From the NCBI GenBank assembly GCA_965217775.1, contig CBDCJH010000002.1, positions 3,200,001 through 3,264,000 on the forward strand: 64,000 bases of DNA. Reading direction: 5' to 3'. Below the pieces are notes generated by a model, which saw nothing but the letters and a program-made list of their open reading frames with translations, searched no databases and was not told where the DNA came from. The DNA comes from Acidobacteriota bacterium. GTDB taxonomy: Bacteria; Acidobacteriota; UBA6911; RPQK01; JAJDTT01. Made by a program: the position numbers and the translations under genes. Below are positions 30,319-38,190 of this stretch, piece by piece; positions within the stretch are counted from its first letter, which is position 1; each line of letters begins with the position of its first letter.

Positions 30319-31056
30319 GTGACTCGTCTTCTCCTGCTCCCGGTCCCCTTGCTTTTACTCGCCGCCGCCTGGTCCTGCGGAGAACTGCATCTGCAGGGAC
30401 GCACCGACGAGGAACTGGTCGAGCTGCTCTCCGATGAGCAGTGGCGGACCCGGGAGGAAGCCCGGCAAGAGTTGGTCGCCCGGGGACCGGACCGGGTCGT
30501 CCGACTACTACTGGAGGAATGGGAGCGTACGGGGGATCCCCGGGTTCGGGACCGGATCGCCTTCATCCTGCATCCCTGGGGCGTCTTCGCCATCGGAGAC
30601 CGGTCGGTCCCGGTGCTGACGGAACTCGTCGTCTTCAACCGCCACTTGAGAGAGGCGCTCCCGGAGATCCGGTCCGCACCGGAGTCGGCCCTTCAGGAGA
30701 TCTCCGAGGGAATCGTCCGCCGCTTCGGAACCCTGATGGAGGCCTTGAGAATGGAGATCGACGCGGAGCTGGTCCGATATCGGGACAATCTCGTCTCTTC
30801 GGTCATTCACCTCCGACTGCTCCTGAAACGGGGAGACCGGGCACGGACCATCGGCGCCGTCGCCGAGATGAGCCGGAAGATCGCCCAACGCATCGAGGCC
30901 CACGGCGATCTGGACCAGGACGGCCTGCCCACGTCCTGGGAGCTGGAGCACGATCTGGACCCGCTCCTGGACGATTCGCAAGTCGACCCCGACGGCGACG
31001 GCCGGTCGAACCTGGAGGAGTACCGGCAGAATCGGGATCCTGGGGTTTCGGATTAG
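30319..31056 (+). CDS. Putative lipoprotein with HEAT-like repeat and Ca-binding DxDxDG (thrombospondin type 3-like) repeats
   Basis: 'LLLLAAAWSC' lipobox; 'LLSDEQWRTREEA'; 'DLDQDGLP...DPDGDGRSNLEEY'. Start uncertain. Confidence 0.6.
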   Translation: MTRLLLLPVPLLLLAAAWSCGELHLQGRTDEELVELLSDEQWRTREEARQELVARGPDRVVRLLLEEWERTGDPRVRDRIAFILHPWGVFAIGDRSVPVLTELVVFNRHLREALPEIRSAPESALQEISEGIVRRFGTLMEALRMEIDAELVRYRDNLVSSVIHLRLLLKRGDRARTIGAVAEMSRKIAQRIEAHGDLDQDGLPTSWELEHDLDPLLDDSQVDPDGDGRSNLEEYRQNRDPGVSD

Positions 31057-31108
31057 TGGGAACTGAGGCAAAGTGCGCCGCTGTCAACGCTTCGATACCA
31101 AATCCGTT

Positions 31109-31381
31109 TTACCGGTACACCTTGTCGCGGCCACCGACTCTCACCACCAGGACCCGCAAAACATCGTCCTGAATGTCGCAGATCACGCGGCAGTCCCCTA
31201 CCCGATAACGCCACAGCTCACCCAGTGGGCCGGTCAGTGCCTTTCCCAGGTTCCGTGGGTCCTCCAGTCCCGCAACCCGCTCGTTCATGTAATCGACAAT
31301 GCGTCGAGCCATCTGCTTATCGAGCTTGCGAAGCTGGGTCCGGGCGGACGCGGTGTACTCAATCGTCCAAATTAAGAGCAT
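31109..31381 (-). CDS. relE: RelE/StbE family toxin
   Basis: 'WTIEYTASARTQLRKLD...DPRNLGKALTGPLGELWRYRVGD'. Confidence 0.9.
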   Translation of the reverse strand: MLLIWTIEYTASARTQLRKLDKQMARRIVDYMNERVAGLEDPRNLGKALTGPLGELWRYRVGDCRVICDIQDDVLRVLVVRVGGRDKVYR

Positions 31382-31586
31382 TCATCACATCGGAGGAAGA
31401 GTACACCTTCTCTTTGCCTTGGCGAAGGCGCTCCAGTACGTCCGCGGCAAGGTAGTAGTCCTCCATATCCTCAAGGCCACGCTCGATCATCTCACGCAGG
31501 TAGAAAGCCTTGGTGCGCCCGGTCTGCGAGGCGAGAAAAGCAAGCCGTTGCTCGGTTTCAGGCGCCAGCCGAATCGAAGTTGCCAT
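31359..31586 (-). CDS. RelB-like RHH antitoxin
   Basis: 'SIRLAPETEQRL..LASQTGRTKAFYLRE..EDMEDYYLA'; overlaps relE. Confidence 0.85.
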   Translation of the reverse strand: MATSIRLAPETEQRLAFLASQTGRTKAFYLREMIERGLEDMEDYYLAADVLERLRQGKEKVYSSSDVMNALNLDD

Positions 31587-31630
31587 GTCGCCGGTCCTCC
31601 AGAAGCTTCTGCATACAAGTATTCATCGTA

Positions 31631-32248
31631 TCACATCATCGCGGGCGGCGCGCCCGGCGGCGGCGAGCGCCTTCGGTTGCCGCTGCTGCCGGGAGGAGAC
31701 CCCTCGATCCCCGTTGTCTGAAAAAGGACGAACATCTTGCGGGTCTGCACGGCGCAGTCTCCATTCTCCTGGAACACGAACCGAACCTCTCTCTCACCCG
31801 GACGAACCGACCTATATGCCCTCAACGTGGCCTTCCAATTGCGCTTCTCGTACTCGTACTGGGCCTGACCCGTCTCGCTGTAGTGGCGTTCTTCATCGGT
31901 CCCGATGGGATCTGCCCTAGAGCGTAGAAAAAGGGTTCCTAGCACCGGGACAACCCAGTTCTCGGTGGTCTGCTCGTCGTAGGGACGCCCGGTGACGACG
32001 GCGACCGGTCGTTCCTCCTTGAGAAACGTCAGAGAGGACTGCCCGTTCTCCGACCGCAGTTGAAGGTCGTAATTCCCTTTTTCGAGAACTGTCCCTTTCG
32101 CTGTGTAGAGAACTCCGGGGAGGTGAAGCTGGGTGACGTAGAAAACCGCCTCCTGTCCGGGTAGGGTCGAGGTGAACAAGGACGCCAATAGGAGCAGTAC
32201 CGGAATACTTGCCTGCATCGCGATGGCGCCGTTTCTCTCCTTCGTCAC
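31631..32248 (-). CDS. Secreted hypothetical protein, copy A
   Basis: Signal-like N-terminus; paralogous to 36031..36591 with a different C-terminal tail. Confidence 0.65.
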   Translation of the reverse strand: MTKERNGAIAMQASIPVLLLLASLFTSTLPGQEAVFYVTQLHLPGVLYTAKGTVLEKGNYDLQLRSENGQSSLTFLKEERPVAVVTGRPYDEQTTENWVVPVLGTLFLRSRADPIGTDEERHYSETGQAQYEYEKRNWKATLRAYRSVRPGEREVRFVFQENGDCAVQTRKMFVLFQTTGIEGSPPGSSGNRRRSPPPGAPPAMM

Positions 32249-32322
32249 GTCGGACCTTCGCCGTCAGGCCCGGGTGAAGCGCTCGGACAGGTCGTTGTAT
32301 CCGCCCACGTCCGTCAGCCGCA
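31720..32322. repeat. 603-bp direct repeat, copy A (pairs with 36063..36665)
   Basis: Contains the secreted gene plus the last ~19 codons of the DUF1501 gene (RLTDVGGYNDLSER.TRA*). Confidence 0.9.
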
Positions 32323-32439
32323 GGACCTTCACGCGACAGTTCGTTGTCGGGTAACACGCCAGAATCACATGGTCTTAATCGACCTTACATCGAACTGATG
32401 CAGAGATTTCGTCGGCCACTATCCCAATATGTCCAATAT

Positions 32440-34435
32440 CCCAGATTATTCATGGGACATGTTGATAGGTGCTTCCAACCCGGCGTTTTCGTGCGGTCGG
32501 AGCCCGGTTTCTCCTGAACCTCTGTCGATTCGACTGAATCGGCTCAAAAACAGGACGATTGAACCAGTCATAAACCGTTTTCCGGCTAGGGGGACCGTCA
32601 TCCGCCGACAGGTTGACTTTCCGGTGAGAAATTCCCACCGTTTCGGTCCCTTCCACGGGCCCGATTCCTCCTCCGTCCGCTATCCCGGCGCCCAGGACAC
32701 CCGCGCCAGTCTCTTCCACAACCGCTTCCAGTCCGTCGCCCCTTGACTGATGACGAAAACCAATCGCCTCCCCTGGCGTAGCGCCCGACTCGCCACTCGC
32801 AACACCCGCTCGCGAAAACGACGCAGACTCCAGCCCCGACGCGTCGCCTGCTCCATCAGCACCCGACCCAGGTGCAGGATCTCGTACCCCAGCAGATTCA
32901 GCAGGAACAAGACTTCGTTATGGGGGCGAACCCCGGCCTCGGTCCTCGCTTCCGGCTTGGCTCCCGGCTTCAGTGGTTTGCCCCGATAGTGCGTCTTGGG
33001 CCGGCTCGCGGAGGACAAGGCCGGATCGAGCACGTCCATCAACTCCCCCATGTGCCCTTCCGCCTTCCCCCGCTTTCGATACTGAGCCAGCAACTCCCGA
33101 GCCTCGTATCGTTTCCGACTCAGGCTCGTCAGCAACCAGAAATGATCCGGATACAACTCCCCCGGTCGCTCCCGCACCACCAGCACCACCCGGCGCGCCC
33201 GATCCCACGTCCCCGCCTGATAGGTCAGCTCATGGAACCAGAGCCTCGGTGGTGCTTTTGGGGATCGCCCCGCCGGCTGGGTCAAGTAGGGCTTCGCCAT
33301 CCGGTTCAGGACCTCATTCTTGCGGATTCGAGCGATATAGGGCACGCTTCTCGACTCCAGCCCCTTCAGCAGCCCCGGCTCCGGGAACCCCGCATCCATC
33401 CGCACGATCATCGAGCCGCACAGACGCCCCCGACAGCGGTCCACCACCCGCAGCGTCAACTTCAGCGCCTTTTTCCCCAGGTAGCTGGCTCCCGGAAAAA
33501 TCTCCCCGTCGATCAGGTCCCCCGTCTCGGCACAACTCGCCACCAACCCGTGGTACATCCGCTGGCGATAGTATCCGTTCCATTCGCTTCCCGGGGGATG
33601 CCCATGGACCTCCACCGGGAGACCGTCCACGTCCAGGACCATCGTCTTTTTCCGTCTCTTCTTCCGTGGGGTCTTTTTCCCCCGTTTTCGCCGCCGGCCT
33701 GCGATCATCTCGATCCGACGGCACGCCAGCTCCGTCACCGCCTGGTGCAGGACCGGAAGGTTCTCCTCCCGGCTGAGCGTGTCCAACAGTCGGGACAAGG
33801 TCGGCTGTGAGGCCAGCCCATGACCCTCCTCCAAGGCCGCCGTGCCCCGACGGGCCCGGCTCGCCACCCGCAAGCTCGGATCCTGACGCAGGCGGTCGGC
33901 GTCGGACTGGTCGCGCCAGCCCTGCCCCAACAGCAGGAGTCGAGTCCGCAGCAGATCCGACAGCGGATAGCGGATCGAACTCGGGTGTCGCGGATCGTGC
34001 AACCGCTCGGTCAACCAGTCGATGAGGCCGCTACGATCCATCATCTCCCGTTGCACCAGGGCGCCCGTGTCCGCACTCAGCAACTCGGGGCGGGTCTCGA
34101 GGCGGAGGGATCGGTTGAATGAGGGCCGGATCTGCGGTATCGTCTCAGGCATGGCGTGCTCCGTTTATTGTGGTTGTTTCTTAACACCATAATCATACCA
34201 CAAATGACGGGCATGCCACCTCTTTTTACCGCCCTTGGAGGGGACGAAAACCGTGGAAATACTTGGGTTTCGGACCCACTTGAATCCTGGGGTTAAACCG
34301 ACGTTGAAAACAAATATAGCGTTTCACCCAGGTTGGCTCCCAGCCGTTTTCTTCGGGTATCCGGTAACCCTCTGATTCGACTCGACCTGACGGGCACGCT
34401 TGCTCATTTTATGTTTGCGTGATGAATAATCTGGG
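32440..34435 (-). mobile_element. IS1380-family insertion sequence
   Basis: TIR CCCAGATTATTCAT (32440-32453) and ATGAATAATCTGGG (34422-34435); flanking ATAT 4-bp duplication. Confidence 0.9.
32680..34152 (-). CDS. IS1380-family DDE transposase
   Basis: 'LSADTGAL', 'LASQPTLSRL', 'LDVDG..VHG', 'VRMDAGF', 'YRKRGKAEGHMGE'. Confidence 0.9.
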   Translation of the reverse strand: MPETIPQIRPSFNRSLRLETRPELLSADTGALVQREMMDRSGLIDWLTERLHDPRHPSSIRYPLSDLLRTRLLLLGQGWRDQSDADRLRQDPSLRVASRARRGTAALEEGHGLASQPTLSRLLDTLSREENLPVLHQAVTELACRRIEMIAGRRRKRGKKTPRKKRRKKTMVLDVDGLPVEVHGHPPGSEWNGYYRQRMYHGLVASCAETGDLIDGEIFPGASYLGKKALKLTLRVVDRCRGRLCGSMIVRMDAGFPEPGLLKGLESRSVPYIARIRKNEVLNRMAKPYLTQPAGRSPKAPPRLWFHELTYQAGTWDRARRVVLVVRERPGELYPDHFWLLTSLSRKRYEARELLAQYRKRGKAEGHMGELMDVLDPALSSASRPKTHYRGKPLKPGAKPEARTEAGVRPHNEVLFLLNLLGYEILHLGRVLMEQATRRGWSLRRFRERVLRVASRALRQGRRLVFVISQGATDWKRLWKRLARVSWAPG

Positions 34436-34745
34436 ATATGGCATTACCTAGATAGTTTCCATCGTGGAATGACCTCTGTGGAACTGCGCCTCAGTGTCAG
34501 AACACTAATCTTGGAGCCTGTACGCTATAACTGCTTTCCAGTGTGTCACCCAAATGAACTATAATAATAGTTCGTAATTGCAACTAGCTGAAGACGGTGA
34601 TCGGAACCCGCGAACGGAAGAATCCTTGTCCTATTTCCTGAACCGGACTCGTGGATGTCTTTTGGTTAAAATGCACGAGAAATGTTACGATCTGAGAATC
34701 AAGAAATTCACTGCATAGGATTACCTTATTACTGGAGGAACTCAC

Positions 34746-35252
34746 ATGGATGACACTAGTATCAAAATCAGATTAAAGATCGGAGAGGTCGAGATCGAGT
34801 ATGAGGGGAATAAAACCTATTTGGAACAAGAATTAGTTCAATTAATGGAGAAGGTCGCTAGTTGTTCCAATAAGTTAGTTAATGGAATTCTTGCTGATCA
34901 GCCAAAATTTGCCACGAAAGGCGACGATACACCGTCGGGGAAACCTGTCGTCCAAATGACGGTTGATACAATAGCAGCGCGTCTGGACGCAAAAACGGCC
35001 GCTGACGTGACAATGGCGGCCATCGCGTATTTAGCCCTTGTTGAGGGGAGAGCACAATTTTCGCGATCAGAACTGCTCAGCTGCATGAAGACGGCTAAGA
35101 ATTATTACAAGTTATCCATGTCCAAAAACCTTTCTGGCACTATTTCACGCCTTCTAAAAGCTAAGCGTATAAATGAAATTACCAATGGGAGCTATGCACT
35201 GCCCGCCGCAGAAAAGAAGGTTCTGGAGAAAAAGCTTGCTAACAATATCTGA
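34746..35252 (+). CDS. Low-GC hypothetical protein with C-terminal winged-helix-like region
   Basis: GGAGG RBS; N-terminal beta hairpin 'KIRLKIGEVEIEYEG'; 'FSRSELL..MK...NLSGTISRLLKAKRI...GSYAL'. Confidence 0.7.
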   Translation: MDDTSIKIRLKIGEVEIEYEGNKTYLEQELVQLMEKVASCSNKLVNGILADQPKFATKGDDTPSGKPVVQMTVDTIAARLDAKTAADVTMAAIAYLALVEGRAQFSRSELLSCMKTAKNYYKLSMSKNLSGTISRLLKAKRINEITNGSYALPAAEKKVLEKKLANNI

Positions 35253-35961
35253 TTTGAAGACATGGATTCATCGTGATTTTTCGCGATTAGACAAACTACT
35301 CCTTATTCTTGCATCCATGGATCGTCCGTGCCAAGTAAGAGAGTTAAAACGTCGTGCCCAGGAGGCTGGATTCTCAATTCCGAGTAAATGGAACCTGTCC
35401 TCCTCTTTAGGCCGGAGCGGAGGATTGGCCATCAGAACCACGTCGGGATGGGAGTTAACAACTTCCGGTGCCGAGCATCTGAGACAGCTTAGCATAACCA
35501 AGTTGAGGCCATCGATAATGCAGGTCGCTCATGATCTTCGGGCAGGACTTTCGACGATAAAGGACGATAATACATATTCCTTTGTAGAAGAGGCGATCAA
35601 ATGCTACGAGGCTGAACTATATCGGTCGGCAATCGTCATGTCATGGATCGGCGCCGTTTCCGTGCTATACAGCTATATTCATGCAAATTACCTAAAGGAG
35701 TTTAACCAAACAGCCAGGCAGTTTAATGCTCGGTGGAAACATGCACAATCGAAGGATGATCTTAGTAGGATGAGAGAGTCAGAATTCCTCGACCGTATTG
35801 CCAGTATTTCCGTCATTGGCAAGGATGTGAAGCGAGAGCTACAGAATTGTCTAGCTCGCCGTAACAGTTGCGGTCATCCCAACTCGTTACAGATCGGTGC
35901 CAACACTGTCGCGCACCATGTCGAGGTCCTACTTCTAAATGTGTTTAATCGGTTCCAATAG
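35236..35961 (+). CDS. Low-GC protein: N-terminal wHTH-like region plus HEPN-like domain (RxxxxH)
   Basis: TTG start at 35236 after GGAG, overlapping the upstream gene; 'EEAIKCYEAELYRSAIVMSW' and 'RNSCGH'. Confidence 0.7.
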   Translation: MLTISDLKTWIHRDFSRLDKLLLILASMDRPCQVRELKRRAQEAGFSIPSKWNLSSSLGRSGGLAIRTTSGWELTTSGAEHLRQLSITKLRPSIMQVAHDLRAGLSTIKDDNTYSFVEEAIKCYEAELYRSAIVMSWIGAVSVLYSYIHANYLKEFNQTARQFNARWKHAQSKDDLSRMRESEFLDRIASISVIGKDVKRELQNCLARRNSCGHPNSLQIGANTVAHHVEVLLLNVFNRFQ

Positions 35962-36030
35962 TACAATTCTTTTGTCCGAGCCACGTTGTTTACCATTCTC
36001 GGCCCGACCCAGCACTTACAATAGGAACTG

Positions 36031-36591
36031 CTAGAACAGTCGCTTGCTGCCTCCTTTGTTTAGAAAAAGGACGAACATCTTGCGGGTCTGCACGGCGCAG
36101 TCTCCATTCTCCTGGAACACGAACCGAACCTCTCTCTCACCCGGACGAACCGACCTATATGCCCTCAACGTGGCCTTCCAATTGCGCTTCTCGTACTCGT
36201 ACTGGGCCTGACCCGTCTCGCTGTAGTGGCGTTCTTCATCGGTCCCGATGGGATCTGCCCTAGAGCGTAGAAAAAGGGTTCCTAGCACCGGGACAACCCA
36301 GTTCTCGGTGGTCTGCTCGTCGCAGGGACGCCCGGCGACGACGGCAACCGGTCGTTCCTCCTTGAGAAACGCCAGCGAGGACTGCCCGTTCTCCAACCGC
36401 AGTTGCAGGTCGTAATTCCCTTTTTCGAGCACTGCCCCTTTCGCAGTGTAGAGTTTTCTGGGGAGGTGAAGCCGGGTGACGTAGGAGGCCGCCTCTTGGC
36501 CGGGTAGGATCGAGGTGAGCAGGGACGCCAACAGAAGCAGTACCGGAATCCTTGCCCGCATCACGAGGGTGCTGTTTCTTCCCTTCGGCAC
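36031..36591 (-). CDS. Secreted hypothetical protein, copy B
   Basis: Directly downstream of the DUF1501 gene; paralogue of 31631..32248. Confidence 0.7.
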   Translation of the reverse strand: MPKGRNSTLVMRARIPVLLLLASLLTSILPGQEAASYVTRLHLPRKLYTAKGAVLEKGNYDLQLRLENGQSSLAFLKEERPVAVVAGRPCDEQTTENWVVPVLGTLFLRSRADPIGTDEERHYSETGQAQYEYEKRNWKATLRAYRSVRPGEREVRFVFQENGDCAVQTRKMFVLFLNKGGSKRLF

Positions 36592-36665
36592 GTCGACCTT
36601 TCGCCGTCAGGCCCGGGTGAGGCGCTCGGACAGGTCGTTGTATCCGCCCACGTCCGTCAGCCGCA
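36063..36665. repeat. 603-bp direct repeat, copy B
   Basis: First ~260 bp read as identical to copy A; the remainder is diverged. Confidence 0.9.
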
Positions 36666-38064
36666 TGTCCCGGCCCTGGGTGAGATAGGTCAGCTTCGTA
36701 TGGTCGAGTCCCAGCAACGACAGCATGGTGGCGTGCAGATCGTGCACGTGGACCCGGTCCTCGATGGCCCGGCAGCCAAGTTCGTCGGTGGCTCCGATGA
36801 CCTTTCCGCCCCGGATGCCGCCTCCCGCCATCCAACAACTGAAGCCGTGGGGATTGTGGTCCCGGCCGCCGTCGCCCTGGACCACCGCAGTCCGCCCGAA
36901 CTCTCCGATCCAGACGACAAGGGTGCTCTCCAGCAACCCCCGCAGCTTGAGGTCCGTCAAGAGTCCCGCGATCGGCTTGTCGATGGCGCCGGCGTTGTCG
37001 ACGTGGTTCCGGTCGCACTGGGCGTGCCCGTCCCAGTTCCCCTTGTAGAGCTGGACGAATCGAACGCCGCGTTCCACCATGCGCCTCGCCAGTAGACAGA
37101 CCCGGCCGAACTTGGCGGTCCGTTCCTCGTCCAGGCCGTACATTCTCCGGATCGATCCGGGCTCACCGGCCAGGTCGGTCAATTCCGGCGCCGCCGCCTG
37201 CATGCGGAAGGCCAGTTCGTAGTTTGCGATGCGGGCAGCCAGACGGCTGTCGTCCCGCCGCGTTTCGAAATGCCGGCGGTTCCACGACTCGAGCTGTTCC
37301 AACATTCGGGATTGGGCTCCATGACTGATGGCCGGGGGCGGATCGAGATTCTCGAACGCGGTCCCCTGGTGGCGGGCTCGGGTGGCCTGGTACACGGCGG
37401 GCAGGAACCCCGAGCCGTGCAGGGACTCGTCGCTTGCGGTCACGTTCCCCTCGGACATGGCGATGAAGCCGGGGAAATTCTCACTCTCGCTTCCCAGTCC
37501 GTAGACCACCCAGGATCCGAGTGTCGGATGACCCAGGCGCACCGAACCGCTGAAGAGCAGATTGATGGCGGGCCCGTGAATGAGGGAATCGTGATAGCAG
37601 GAGCGGATGACCGCCAGGTCATCGGCGCATCCGCCCAGGTTCTGGAAAAGATCCGAGATCTCGATGCCCGACTGCCCGTATCTCGTGAACTTTCGGGGAG
37701 AGGCCATCAACTTCGCTTCATGGGCCTTGACGAACTGTAGACTCAAGTCCTCGGGCCGGAAGCTGGGCGGCAGGAGCTGCCCGTCGAGGCGGGCCAGTGC
37801 CGGCTTGGGATCGAACGTGTCGATATGGGAGGGGCCTCCCTTCATAAACATGAAGATGACGTTTCTGGCCTTGCCCGGGAAGTGGGGTGTTCCGGGTGCG
37901 AGCGGGTTGGGGATGCTTGTCCCCTTCCGGGCAGCAGCAAATGCGGCTTCCTCCTCGTGGAGGCACCCCAGGGCCACGGCTCCAAAGCCAAAACCGGATC
38001 GGGCCAGGAATTCCCGCCGGGAATAGACCTGTTCGTTCAAGTTACAGGATTGGAAATCCATCAT
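36607..38064 (-). CDS. DUF1501 domain protein (Tat-exported)
   Basis: SRREFL Tat motif; 'GGPSHIDTFDPKP', 'LARRMVERGVRFVQ', 'GEFGRT', 'GRDHNP', 'HVHDLHAT'. Confidence 0.92.
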   Translation of the reverse strand: MMDFQSCNLNEQVYSRREFLARSGFGFGAVALGCLHEEEAAFAAARKGTSIPNPLAPGTPHFPGKARNVIFMFMKGGPSHIDTFDPKPALARLDGQLLPPSFRPEDLSLQFVKAHEAKLMASPRKFTRYGQSGIEISDLFQNLGGCADDLAVIRSCYHDSLIHGPAINLLFSGSVRLGHPTLGSWVVYGLGSESENFPGFIAMSEGNVTASDESLHGSGFLPAVYQATRARHQGTAFENLDPPPAISHGAQSRMLEQLESWNRRHFETRRDDSRLAARIANYELAFRMQAAAPELTDLAGEPGSIRRMYGLDEERTAKFGRVCLLARRMVERGVRFVQLYKGNWDGHAQCDRNHVDNAGAIDKPIAGLLTDLKLRGLLESTLVVWIGEFGRTAVVQGDGGRDHNPHGFSCWMAGGGIRGGKVIGATDELGCRAIEDRVHVHDLHATMLSLLGLDHTKLTYLTQGRDMRLTDVGGYNDLSERLTRA

Positions 38065-38190
38065 GAACCATGACCCTTTCCACGACGCCTCTCCGAAGAA
38101 ACTTTAATAAAATAAGGATACGTCATTATTACATTGATATATTGTTATGAGTGCATCTTCATAATAAGTATATCAATATGTGGCGTCCTG

